Shown: positions 1 through 8,485, numbered from the stretch's first letter. The stretch: 33,478 nucleotides of DNA from Nanobdellota archaeon (GCA_018815145.1 JAHIYL010000157.1:1-33478), one strand, 5' to 3'. Program-made: numbers and translations. Notes: a model not told the origin generated them from the letters alone.

Positions 1-600
1 AAAAAAAAAAATGTCAATAAAATCCTTGACATAGGTTGTGGTGCAGGCAGGCACACAATATATTTTGCTGCACATGGCTTTAAGATGTATGCTATGGACA
101 GTGCACCAAGCGGCATCAGAAGGGCAAAAGAGAATCTGAAAAAATATTCTCTATCAGCAAAATTCAGATGTGCCAACTGTTATGAGCCATTTCCCTACAA
201 AGATGATTTTTTTGATGCTGTCATATCAACCCAGGTCATACATCACGCAAAGATTGAAAATATAAATTTCTGTGTCTCTGAGATACAAAGAGTGCTAAGG
301 GCTGGCGGACTTGCTTTTGTGACTGTCACAAAATGCAAATATCATAAGGAGCATAAAGTACATATGAAAAAAATTGCACCCAGAACATTTGTTCATGTGG
401 ATGGTGTTGAAAAAGGCGTCCCGCATTATATATTCACACAAAAAGAGCTCCGAAAAGCATTTCATGACTTTAAGATACTTGATATACATACTGACAAAAA
501 AGAGCATATAATCATGTTGGGGCAATTAAAAAATTCCAATAGATTGTTATCACCTATTTTATATTTGTTCAGATATTCAAATTCTATTGAACAACAGTAG
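1..600 (+). CDS. Class I SAM-dependent methyltransferase, 5'-truncated by window edge
   Basis: Frame is open from base 1 and reads KKKNVNKILDIGCGAGRH (SAM motif I) upstream of the track's ATG at 85; FDAVIS..VIHH and RVLRAGG motifs follow. Confidence 0.9.
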   Translation, partial: KKKNVNKILDIGCGAGRHTIYFAAHGFKMYAMDSAPSGIRRAKENLKKYSLSAKFRCANCYEPFPYKDDFFDAVISTQVIHHAKIENINFCVSEIQRVLRAGGLAFVTVTKCKYHKEHKVHMKKIAPRTFVHVDGVEKGVPHYIFTQKELRKAFHDFKILDIHTDKKEHIIMLGQLKNSNRLLSPILYLFRYSNSIEQQ

Positions 601-664
601 GTTTGCTTATAAAAATCCATTTGTTCTGTTTCTTATTCACATTTTACATCTGGAGGTGTATGAT

Positions 665-880
665 ATGGGCAAAATGATGATACAGATGAGTGAAGATGCC
701 TGGTCTGAACTGATGCTGGAAAAAATGAAAAAAGAGTTTGAAAAAGTAAATGGAGCAAAAATGGATAAGGCAGCAGCCCTAGCAGTAGAAGCAAGCATGA
801 ATCATTGGAAAGGCAAGATGGAAATGATGGGCAAACATAAGGAATTTGGTCAGAAGCTTATGAGTGTGATGGGAAACTAA
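665..880 (+). CDS. Small Met-rich hypothetical protein (71 aa)
   Basis: Shine-Dalgarno GGAGGTG at 652-658 precedes the in-frame ATG at 665; TATA-like TTATAAAA near 607-614. This start is better supported than the track's 587. Confidence 0.75.
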   Translation: MGKMMIQMSEDAWSELMLEKMKKEFEKVNGAKMDKAAALAVEASMNHWKGKMEMMGKHKEFGQKLMSVMGN

Positions 881-885
881 CTACT

Positions 886-1473
886 TTATTGTTTTATTTT
901 TTTCAATAACTGAGCACTTTTCAATAGACTGGGCTTAGTCTCAGGATGATCCGTTTCTAATGAATCCAAAAAAAAACCTATCTGTGTCTTTTTGTCTGGA
1001 TTTTTTTTGAATTTCAATTCTTTGATTTCTGCAAATTTGATTATATCTTTCTCACATACATTCAATAGAAGCTTAATATTCAGTTTCTTACCAATAGAAT
1101 AATTTCCAATGAATTTTCCTGTCCTGTTCATAAAAATATTTTCAAGGAAATAAACACATTCCATATCCATATTCCAAGGTACAACAATCTTATCTGATTT
1201 TGTATTGACACTTTTACCAATTTCAAATTTTTGTTTCTTTGTTTTGATTTCACAAGGTAATTTATCAAGGATTGTATCAATAAGGTATTTTGAAACAGCA
1301 CTATTTACAGAATCATCTTCTATAATTAAGATCTTATCAGCCTTTGAAAACAATTTGTTTGTCCTTATCTCTTTTCTAATTCTCTTCTGGATTACTTGCA
1401 CAAAACAATTATTGCAGAGTGGATTGGCTCCAGAGTCCATTGTCGCATCTTTGCTGCATTTCACACATTTCAT
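886..1473 (-). CDS. Degenerate TtuA/Ncs6/Ctu2-like (tRNA 2-thiolation family) protein with N-terminal Zn finger
   Basis: CxxC..LCxxCF Zn finger followed by KRIRKEIR..LF...DKIL; NMDME resembles HNLDDE; LDSLE..HPETK C-terminus. PP-loop SGGKDS is replaced by EDDSVNS. ATG at 1473 with TATA-like element at ~1503-1512. Confidence 0.7.
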   Translation of the reverse strand: MKCVKCSKDATMDSGANPLCNNCFVQVIQKRIRKEIRTNKLFSKADKILIIEDDSVNSAVSKYLIDTILDKLPCEIKTKKQKFEIGKSVNTKSDKIVVPWNMDMECVYFLENIFMNRTGKFIGNYSIGKKLNIKLLLNVCEKDIIKFAEIKELKFKKNPDKKTQIGFFLDSLETDHPETKPSLLKSAQLLKKIKQ

Positions 1474-1599
1474 GTTATTCAATATTGCAGGACAATAACA
1501 GAGATATAAAAATTTACTTAAATTCTGATTTTATCGTCTAATATGCCAAAAAAAATTCTATTTTTCTGTATTGTTACTACTTTAAAATGCTATCAAAAA

Positions 1600-1616
1600 C
1601 GATATATTTATATATA
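1600..1616 (+). promoter_or_regulatory. Orphan archaeal BRE/TATA-like promoter with no downstream + strand ORF
   Basis: AAAAACGATATATTTATATATAAG; similar elements lie upstream of most genes in this window. Confidence 0.55.
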
Positions 1617-1659
1617 AGTGGAACCATTCTAGAGTAAGAACAAACAAAAGGAGGTAAAA

Positions 1660-1707
1660 CTACTCCTTTTGCACATATTCCAAGTCAACAGAAAAGAAGA
1701 ATTTCAT
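1660..1707 (-). CDS. Possible 15-aa micro-ORF MKFFFSVDLEYVQKE
   Basis: The minus strand reads AAAAGAGGTGATT-ATG...TAG, with an SD motif just ahead of the ATG. Too short to validate. Confidence 0.2.
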   Translation of the reverse strand: MKFFFSVDLEYVQKE

Positions 1708-1721
1708 AATCACCTCTTTTT

Positions 1722-1759
1722 CCCTGGGAGCGTCTCTCCGGAGATGCTTCGAGGGTTTT
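1722..1759 (+). terminator. Stable stem-loop followed by short U tract
   Basis: CCCT-G-GGAGCGTCTC-TCCG-GAGATGCTTC-G-AGGG-TTTT: 10-bp upper stem with two G-U pairs (pairs only on + strand RNA), 4-bp lower stem, UNCG tetraloop closed by C-G. Confidence 0.6.
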
Positions 1760-1793
1760 ATAATAAGTCAACTAAGAAATAATTTACACTTTT

Positions 1794-3527
1794 CTATCGT
1801 TGTCGTTTCTTTTTATGTCTTACGCCATACTCTTTTCTCATCCAGGTGAAGCAGGCAAAAAAACCCAGCACAAAACCGACTGAAATCAGATATACATAAA
1901 GTGGATCGATTCTTGGCAGATAAATTCTTTTCTCCCTGAAATATATGTCCAATTTTGAGAGCTCAATAGCATATTCAAGATAAAGAAGAGCTGAGAATTT
2001 GTCGTTGTCTTTGAGTGATTTTGCATACTCATAATAGCTGTAGCCAATGATAGGGAAGACGTTCTTTTCAATCTGCTTTCCAATTATCTGCTCTGCCTCA
2101 AGAATCCTGTCCTCAATCAAAAGCATAGTCTTTTCATCATCAAGCCCCATGCTGTTAAGGACAATATCTATCTCTGCCTTTGCATTGCTTGCCTTGAACA
2201 GGCATAGGCTGTATTCCTTGCTGTTATAATCATCATAAGCATAGGAAAGCTCCTTTTTTGTCTGTTCAAACGCAAGAGGGATATACAGCTTCAGATACTC
2301 AATCCTTTCCTCAACCTCGCTTATCTTCTTGAGGCATGATTCAGCAACACTTTTTTCATCAATGATAAATTTTTGGCCGGGTTTTCCAAAAAAAGTTGAC
2401 CAGAAGACGGCACTGTTGAACCTCTCGATTCCAAATGCAAGATTATACAGACTTGAGTTTACATCTGTATCATTCCCTATGAGGTTCTCTTTTGCCGCAC
2501 TGAAATACTCCTGGGAGTTCATCAGCCTCTCATTGACTACCATGTAAGTCTGAAGATCAGTTATTGTCTCAATGGTTTTTTTGGATATGATTTCCTTATA
2601 CTCCTTTGTCTTATTTTCATAGTGGATTATCTCTTCATTGATTTCTTGTTCATCAAGATCTGAATCCAGATACCTAAAATATTTGAATTTCACATTCGCT
2701 CCAAAACAATAGCTTGCAGCACTGTAATAATTCTCTTTTTCAATTGCACCAAGTCCAAATGCCAAAAGTTCATTTGCATCATTCAATATAGAGATGTTTT
2801 CTTTGGAGGAAACAGAAATGTCTGCACTCCTCTGGCAGATCCCTTCAGATATATTTTTCATCCTTTCAATATAATCTGTATCAATTATGATTGAGTAATT
2901 CTTATCATACGTCCTGCCATTGAATTCATATATTGCTTCACGCAGGTTCCCGACCTTCACTATCTCTATTTCTGTGTTTTCCTGCAGTTCTGCGATAGTG
3001 CTCTCATTTATGCTTGACCATTTTGGAATCATTATTTTTTTTAGGCCCATCTTATCTGCATAAGTGATCTTTTCAGAGATGCCGCTCACCGGACCTACAA
3101 GTCCTCCTGAATTGATGGTCCCGGTAATTGATATTGTCTCATCAATTGTCCACTCCTCAAGAACACTTATTGTAAGAAGCGCTATTGCTGCTCCGGCACT
3201 TGGACCACCGACAATTGCAGCATTTGCCCGTATAGTGTAAAAGAAATCATATTTCTCGCAATCAGTATCACTATAGTCGCACGCAATCTCATTGGCAAAC
3301 CGTGTCGACATGACTGTGTCAAGTTTTGTAAGAGGAAATGAATCTATGAAGATTCTCCCATTTCCCGGCTTTATCTCAAGAAAAAGATCAGCGCTGCTGC
3401 CAGACTCTTTATCTTCAATCTCAGATACTGCCAAAAGTTTCATCTGCCCATTTTTGGCATTGCACAAAGGTACAATTGCAAAAAAAAGAAGCATTAACAA
3501 TATTTTTTTTGATATATATTTTGACAT
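1794..3527 (-). CDS. Membrane-anchored Lon-like (S16) serine protease without AAA+ domain (COG1750-type)
   Basis: GPSAGAA catalytic Ser, ITGTINSGGLVGPVSGISEK with catalytic Lys, N-terminal signal peptide, C-terminal TM helix and basic tail. ATG 3527 lies ~28 nt below a TTTAAA box (track start 3548 is TTG). Confidence 0.88.
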   Translation of the reverse strand: MSKYISKKILLMLLFFAIVPLCNAKNGQMKLLAVSEIEDKESGSSADLFLEIKPGNGRIFIDSFPLTKLDTVMSTRFANEIACDYSDTDCEKYDFFYTIRANAAIVGGPSAGAAIALLTISVLEEWTIDETISITGTINSGGLVGPVSGISEKITYADKMGLKKIMIPKWSSINESTIAELQENTEIEIVKVGNLREAIYEFNGRTYDKNYSIIIDTDYIERMKNISEGICQRSADISVSSKENISILNDANELLAFGLGAIEKENYYSAASYCFGANVKFKYFRYLDSDLDEQEINEEIIHYENKTKEYKEIISKKTIETITDLQTYMVVNERLMNSQEYFSAAKENLIGNDTDVNSSLYNLAFGIERFNSAVFWSTFFGKPGQKFIIDEKSVAESCLKKISEVEERIEYLKLYIPLAFEQTKKELSYAYDDYNSKEYSLCLFKASNAKAEIDIVLNSMGLDDEKTMLLIEDRILEAEQIIGKQIEKNVFPIIGYSYYEYAKSLKDNDKFSALLYLEYAIELSKLDIYFREKRIYLPRIDPLYVYLISVGFVLGFFACFTWMRKEYGVRHKKKRQR

Positions 3528-3605
3528 ATATGATGCTACTAAAGACAAAAGCCATTTAAAGTTTGTGTTTTGCTGATAAATTTTGGAAAGAAGGTGACAA
3601 AAAAA

Positions 3606-4199
3606 TCATTTGATTATGTTTGAATCAGTGTTCTTGTTCTTCTTCAGATCCTCAACTACTTCTTCAAGTATCATATTGAAAGATTTCTCCCTGAAATTTT
3701 CAAGTTCTTTTTCAAGATCTTCAGCATGCAGCATATCTTCAAAAAAGATCTTATAGCTCTTTGAGCCGCCATTAAAATTTGCCTTAGGGAACCAATTGAT
3801 ATGCATCTCATATTCAACAGGTGTTGATGACATCATTGAAGAAATGAACTCTTCATTTTGCCCTTTCTCCTTGTACATAGCCAGAAGTTTTGACTGATAC
3901 AGTATTCTGTTATATTTTTCAAGCTGCGTGTCCTTTTCAAAAGTCCTCAGTTGGTTCTGCAAAGAAATAAGTTTGGCTGAATCGGAAAACAATGTCAGAT
4001 TTCCGCTCTTGACAATTTCCTGGCCTGATTTCTGAGTATCTTTCACTCCAAAATTTGAAAGGACTACATTGAATCGGATCTCCACTTCAGGATATTTCTC
4101 AAGTACACCAATATCAAATTTCACCAGTTCTTTAGAATCCGACACTGCTTCTTTATTACCCTTGTTCTGAATTTTTCCCAAAATATCTTTGATTTCCAT
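3606..4199 (-). CDS. Hypothetical protein, probably co-transcribed with topA
   Basis: 197-aa ORF starting 1 nt after the topA stop; no motif recognised. Confidence 0.75.
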   Translation of the reverse strand: MEIKDILGKIQNKGNKEAVSDSKELVKFDIGVLEKYPEVEIRFNVVLSNFGVKDTQKSGQEIVKSGNLTLFSDSAKLISLQNQLRTFEKDTQLEKYNRILYQSKLLAMYKEKGQNEEFISSMMSSTPVEYEMHINWFPKANFNGGSKSYKIFFEDMLHAEDLEKELENFREKSFNMILEEVVEDLKKNKNTDSNIIK

Positions 4200-4200
4200 G

Positions 4201-6477
4201 TTAAATCACTTCAGGTATGACTGTCTCTTCACTTTGTTTTTTTGATTCTGGTTTATTATGACCATTGCCATTGTTCCCAAGCTTTTCTGTATACCTGCAC
4301 TTTGGATATTTGGAACAACCTAAGAATTGCCCATATACACTTTTTCTTAAGACAAGTTCTCCGGATTTGCAGGTTGGACATTTCTTTATTTCTTTCCCAC
4401 TCTCCAAATCAGTCACTTCTTTCTTTATTTCTTTATCAATGATCTTCTTGGATTTACAATCAGGATTAAAACATACTTCCTGTGTCTTTGAATTAATTAT
4501 CTTTATTATCGGATAATTGCAGTGCTCACAAAACTTGTCAGTAGATTCTATTTTTCCGCTCCCGGGCAAAGAGAATGTAGTTTTGCATTCAGGATATTTA
4601 TTGCATGCCAGGAATCTTCCGAACCTTCCTTTTCTCAAGGCAAGATCTCCTTCCTTGCATATCGGGCACTTCCCCATATTTGCCAGTTCATTTCTGGTCT
4701 CAATATTCGCAGAATACAATTCTTCACCTATCTTATTCATATGTTTTTCAAATTCTGCCACTATCTCGATGACCGTGTTCTTTGAGTCCTCCAAAACTTT
4801 TTTTGAATCTGTTTTTTCGTCTCTGATTTTTTCCATTTCTGTCTCAAAATTTCTTGTAAGTTCAGGATCAACAATTTTTGGAGAATATTTTTCAAGAGTT
4901 TCTTCAGTCCTTATCCCTAATTCTGTTGCTACAAGCGGCTTGCCATCAATAAATCCCCTGTCCTTCAGTGTCTCGACAATCTGTGCTCTAGTAGCTTTTG
5001 TTCCCAGATTCTCTTTTTCCAGCTCCTTGATGATGGATGCATCAGTGTATCTTTTCGGCGGTGTTGTCTTTTTATCTACGTTGTCAATGGAATCAACATC
5101 AACAACGTCTTTTTCAGTAATTTTTGGCAGCTCTTCTTCTTTGAGCTTGACATGTTTCCCATAAAGATCAAACCATCCTCGCTTAATTGTCGTTGTTCCC
5201 TTTGTGATAAATATCTCATTCTTGCAGTCAATTCTGACTGTCATGGTCTCTCTGGTTGCTGCTTCTCCAAATGTTGCCAGAAACCGTCTCAATATTAGAT
5301 CATACAGGTTTTTTTGAGCAGGAGTCTTTAGTACAGGCATATTGCCTGTCGGATAGATTGCAGGATGTGCAGGATCTGTCTTTTTGCCGTTGTTTGGCCT
5401 AAGATTACCTTTTTTCAATAATGACTCAACCAGCAATTTATATTCTGATTGTTTGGATATGGCAGCAAGTATCTTTGAATAGCCAATCTCCGGCGGAAGC
5501 ACCTGAGAAGACGTTCTGGGGTAAGATATATATCCTGCAACATATAGCTCCTGAGCTGTTGAGAGAGTCTTTTTTGGAGACATCCTTATGCAATTATGCG
5601 CCTCAATCTGCAAAGATGTCAGGTCAAACGGATAAGGCGGTAATGCTTTGAATTCCCTTTTTTCCACTGACTTTACTACTGCCTTTTTCTCACCCTTACA
5701 GTTTTCAAATATATCTTCAGCCACCTTCTTGTCGAATATCTTACCTTTTTCGTGAAGCGCTTCGATCTTTCCTTTGTTTATCTTTCCCTTGAGATGCACT
5801 TCCCAGTAGGATTCAGGAATAAATGCCTTTATCTCTTTCTCCTTGTCAACGATCAGCTTGAGTGCTGGCCCCTGCACCCTGCCTGTGGACATCAATTTAA
5901 AATGGCCGATGGAAGATATTGATTTGGTAAGTGCCCTGGACAGATTTATTCCAAAGAACCAGTCCATCATATGTCTTGTCTCACCTGCTCTTGCCTGACC
6001 CCAATTGAGCGTCTTTTCCCGATTCTCATAGGATTTGACAAGATCTGATTTTGTCAGGGTTGAGAATTTCATCCTTGAACCGTCTTTTTTTTTGCAGGCA
6101 TATCTTATGATGTTAAGACCTATGACTTCTCCCTCAATATCATAATCTGTTGCAACTGTAAATTCACTGGCACCTTTTGCCATGGACTTGATTGTTGAAA
6201 GATATTTTTTAGAATAATCCTGGCCCTTGCTCATCTTGTGTGAAGGGACCCATTGTATGTCAAATACAGGAAATTTTGATTTTGGAAGACCTTCTTTCTG
6301 ATCAAGGCCATATATATGTCCGACGGCAGAAACCACAACAATCTCTTTCTTATTATGCGTCAAACGGTAATAAGGAACACCATTGCTGCTCTCTTTTTTT
6401 GGCTTTGTGTCTGCAAGAGCAGCAGCAATCTTTGCGCCAGCACTAGGTTTTTCTGTAATTATTAGTTCATATCCCAT
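4201..6477 (-). CDS. topA: DNA topoisomerase I (type IA)
   Basis: LIITEKPS and ATDYDIEGE (TOPRIM), STGRVQ, GYISYPRT catalytic Tyr, LGTKATR, C-terminal C4 zinc ribbons. Confidence 0.97.
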   Translation of the reverse strand: MGYELIITEKPSAGAKIAAALADTKPKKESSNGVPYYRLTHNKKEIVVVSAVGHIYGLDQKEGLPKSKFPVFDIQWVPSHKMSKGQDYSKKYLSTIKSMAKGASEFTVATDYDIEGEVIGLNIIRYACKKKDGSRMKFSTLTKSDLVKSYENREKTLNWGQARAGETRHMMDWFFGINLSRALTKSISSIGHFKLMSTGRVQGPALKLIVDKEKEIKAFIPESYWEVHLKGKINKGKIEALHEKGKIFDKKVAEDIFENCKGEKKAVVKSVEKREFKALPPYPFDLTSLQIEAHNCIRMSPKKTLSTAQELYVAGYISYPRTSSQVLPPEIGYSKILAAISKQSEYKLLVESLLKKGNLRPNNGKKTDPAHPAIYPTGNMPVLKTPAQKNLYDLILRRFLATFGEAATRETMTVRIDCKNEIFITKGTTTIKRGWFDLYGKHVKLKEEELPKITEKDVVDVDSIDNVDKKTTPPKRYTDASIIKELEKENLGTKATRAQIVETLKDRGFIDGKPLVATELGIRTEETLEKYSPKIVDPELTRNFETEMEKIRDEKTDSKKVLEDSKNTVIEIVAEFEKHMNKIGEELYSANIETRNELANMGKCPICKEGDLALRKGRFGRFLACNKYPECKTTFSLPGSGKIESTDKFCEHCNYPIIKIINSKTQEVCFNPDCKSKKIIDKEIKKEVTDLESGKEIKKCPTCKSGELVLRKSVYGQFLGCSKYPKCRYTEKLGNNGNGHNKPESKKQSEETVIPEVI

Positions 6478-6558
6478 TTACAAGCAGGAACTTTGAATTC
6501 ATATATATAATTTTTGGAGAGAGAAATATTTATACTTAGAAAAAATTAAAGCTATCAA

Positions 6559-6960
6559 ATGAAAAAAACAATAACAATTATTATTATGATTCTGACAATT
6601 GGATTGATGATGAATGGGTGTGGCCCAACAAAACCCACACCTTCATGGGATTTAGAGCATAACACATGTAATTTTTTAACAAGTTTTGATGGAAAGAACA
6701 TTGGTTGTGATACTTTATTACCCTGTCCTGCCGCCTACCTAGATCCTACAGATGCCTGTGGAGACTGCCATACTTGCTGTGTGGATGAGAAGGATTTTGA
6801 AGAGTTCAAACATCACAATATGTGGGATATTAAATGTCAATGTGCAAATCATCCTTCTGGTGAATTTTCAGAATTGAATACAATATGCAGTGCAGCATCA
6901 AGTCCAGATCAAGAGGCTGCAGGTGTTGTTCCTGAAAATGATGTATTGTTGACAGCCTAA
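6559..6960 (+). CDS. Small Cys-rich putative lipoprotein
   Basis: MKK plus hydrophobic stretch plus lipobox-like MNG-C; 11 Cys in 133 aa; TATA-like TTTATA ~30 nt upstream. Confidence 0.75.
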   Translation: MKKTITIIIMILTIGLMMNGCGPTKPTPSWDLEHNTCNFLTSFDGKNIGCDTLLPCPAAYLDPTDACGDCHTCCVDEKDFEEFKHHNMWDIKCQCANHPSGEFSELNTICSAASSPDQEAAGVVPENDVLLTA

Positions 6961-7008
6961 ATAATGTTTTTTCTATTTTACTAATATGTAGATATTTTTT
7001 ATCATTAG

Positions 7009-7027
7009 CTAAACTTTTGCGTTTTTC
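7009..7027. repeat. IS terminal inverted repeat (transposase 3' end)
   Basis: CTAAACTTTTGCGTTTTTC, exact reverse complement of 8486-8504. Confidence 0.95.
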
Positions 7028-8211
7028 ACAAAAACGAGTCGATTGAGGATTTTTCTAAATTCAACAAGGTTGCGAGCTTTTTTCTTTAGCCAACATCTCC
7101 CTTTGAGAGCAATTAATCTCATGTACCTGCATCCTTCACCTATTGTTCGGATGGTTCGATTTAGAGGTTTTAATAGTTCATCATTTCGCATCAAGACTAG
7201 ATTAGTGTAGGCTACAAGAACAGCGCATACGACTTTCTGTAACGCACCAAATTTGCGCACCTGGCAACTTTCTAATCCAAGATGCTGTTTAGCATCTCTA
7301 TGGTAAACCTCAATTTTCCACCGTTCTAAAAGCAGATTTAGTAGTGACTCATCATTCTGCTGCATAATGTTTGTAACATATATCCTAATTTCTTCTTCAT
7401 CTCCTGCTTTGTAGGAGATGATCAGCTTTTCTTTTCCTACACCTCTTTCACTTACTTCTACAGTATGGATGAAGTAAGCTTCACCATCTAAAAAATAAAA
7501 ATTGAAATCATCATCAGTTAGGGTTTGCAAATATTTCTCGATGCTTATTCTTTTTTGTCCATTTATGCTGATATTATTTGTCACTTTAGCTCCAATAATA
7601 TATTTTAATCCCCTTGCTCGCACTTCTTGTATAAGAAAATCTGCGTACAAACCTGCATCTGCAATAAAAAGCCAAATGGGCAGTTTTTTTATAGCATAAT
7701 CAAGTTGTTCTAGACAAATTTCTCTTGCTGTTTTAAATGGGTGTTCCATGTCAGTGTCTTCTTTTCGAAGATAAAAATCCGCACTAATAGGAAACTCGGT
7801 ATTTCCATCACTAAAAAAACTGTTGATAAGAAAATATCCCCAATCCTTTTTTTTGGACATGCCATTATAATGATAATTGGCATTTTCCATTTCTTTTCCA
7901 TATTTTTTTAAGAAGGTTGGATCGCATATGAATATTCCTCGTTTAAGCTTATTGAATGACTTAATTTGAGAAATTCTTCTGTTATTTATCCTAATTGGCT
8001 GCCATTCTGATGAAGTAAAAAAACGGTTTAAACTGCTTTGATCTATTCTTCCAAAGCAGTCATTTATCTCTTGAATTGTTTTGTTGTCAGAGACAACCAA
8101 CCCAATCACAAAATCACGAAAATTTTTGTACTGTGGACGAGTAAAGCATTTTTTATAAAATGAAATAAGTGCTTTAAACTTAGCAGGAATTTCTTTTAAT
8201 GGAAGTGACAT
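7009..8211 (-). CDS. DDE transposase, IS701-like (IS4 superfamily)
   Basis: N-terminal CFTRPQ..F..FV.GL and DQSSLNRFF..SEW; acidic triad in ICDPT, IADAGL and RWKIEVYHRDAKQHLGL; ends NAKV. Confidence 0.92.
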   Translation of the reverse strand: MSLPLKEIPAKFKALISFYKKCFTRPQYKNFRDFVIGLVVSDNKTIQEINDCFGRIDQSSLNRFFTSSEWQPIRINNRRISQIKSFNKLKRGIFICDPTFLKKYGKEMENANYHYNGMSKKKDWGYFLINSFFSDGNTEFPISADFYLRKEDTDMEHPFKTAREICLEQLDYAIKKLPIWLFIADAGLYADFLIQEVRARGLKYIIGAKVTNNISINGQKRISIEKYLQTLTDDDFNFYFLDGEAYFIHTVEVSERGVGKEKLIISYKAGDEEEIRIYVTNIMQQNDESLLNLLLERWKIEVYHRDAKQHLGLESCQVRKFGALQKVVCAVLVAYTNLVLMRNDELLKPLNRTIRTIGEGCRYMRLIALKGRCWLKKKARNLVEFRKILNRLVFVKNAKV

Positions 8212-8223
8212 GATTAAAAATGC

Positions 8224-8385
8224 TTAAACTTTTCGTAATTTTAATGAATTCTTGTCTAACAAACTCCATTCAAACTCTTCGCCCTTTTTGAATCCCATAA
8301 CTTGAGCAACTTGGGTTGGAAAATTTACATACCATTGCTCAGATTCTTTTCTTTTTATCAACTGAATTTTTGTTTTATACCCCAT
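8224..8385 (-). CDS. AbrB/MazE/SpoVT-like small DNA-binding protein inside the IS (53 aa, absent from ORF track)
   Basis: MGYKTKIQLIKRKESEQWYVNFPTQVAQVMGFKKGEEFEWSLLDKNSLKLRKV matches the swapped-hairpin pattern (VxxP..hA..hGhKxG-EhEW); SD GAGGTGA at 8392-8398; ends 12 nt before the transposase ATG. Confidence 0.8.
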   Translation of the reverse strand: MGYKTKIQLIKRKESEQWYVNFPTQVAQVMGFKKGEEFEWSLLDKNSLKLRKV

Positions 8386-8404
8386 ATTTAATCACCTCTA
8401 TTAT

Positions 8405-8424
8405 ATCTAGTTAAATAACTAGAT
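8405..8424. promoter_or_regulatory. Operator-like palindrome in the IS promoter
   Basis: ATCTAGTTA-AA-TAACTAGAT, perfect 9-bp arms, between the minus-strand GAAAAA-TATATAAA element (8442-8429) and the SD. Confidence 0.6.
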
Positions 8425-8485
8425 TTTATTTATATATTTTTCTACACTCTAGTATATATTCAGAATTCATGCAGTATTTATCGAG

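Larger units (their letters stand above)
1640..1759 (+). ncRNA. Candidate ~120-nt structured small RNA
   Basis: Upstream TATA; perfect 9-bp hairpin 1645-1653/1663-1671; anti-SD ATCACCTC at 1709-1716; 3' GC-rich hairpin with G-U pairs and cUCCGg loop, then TTTT. Boundaries are inferred. Confidence 0.45.

Noticed and set aside
587..664. N-terminal extension of the Met-rich ORF
   Set aside because: TTG start inside the upstream gene; the region contains the TATA and SD for ATG 665.
4242..6446. Plus-strand ORFs up to 215 aa opposite topA
   Set aside because: Antisense shadows of a highly conserved gene; no motifs or start signals.
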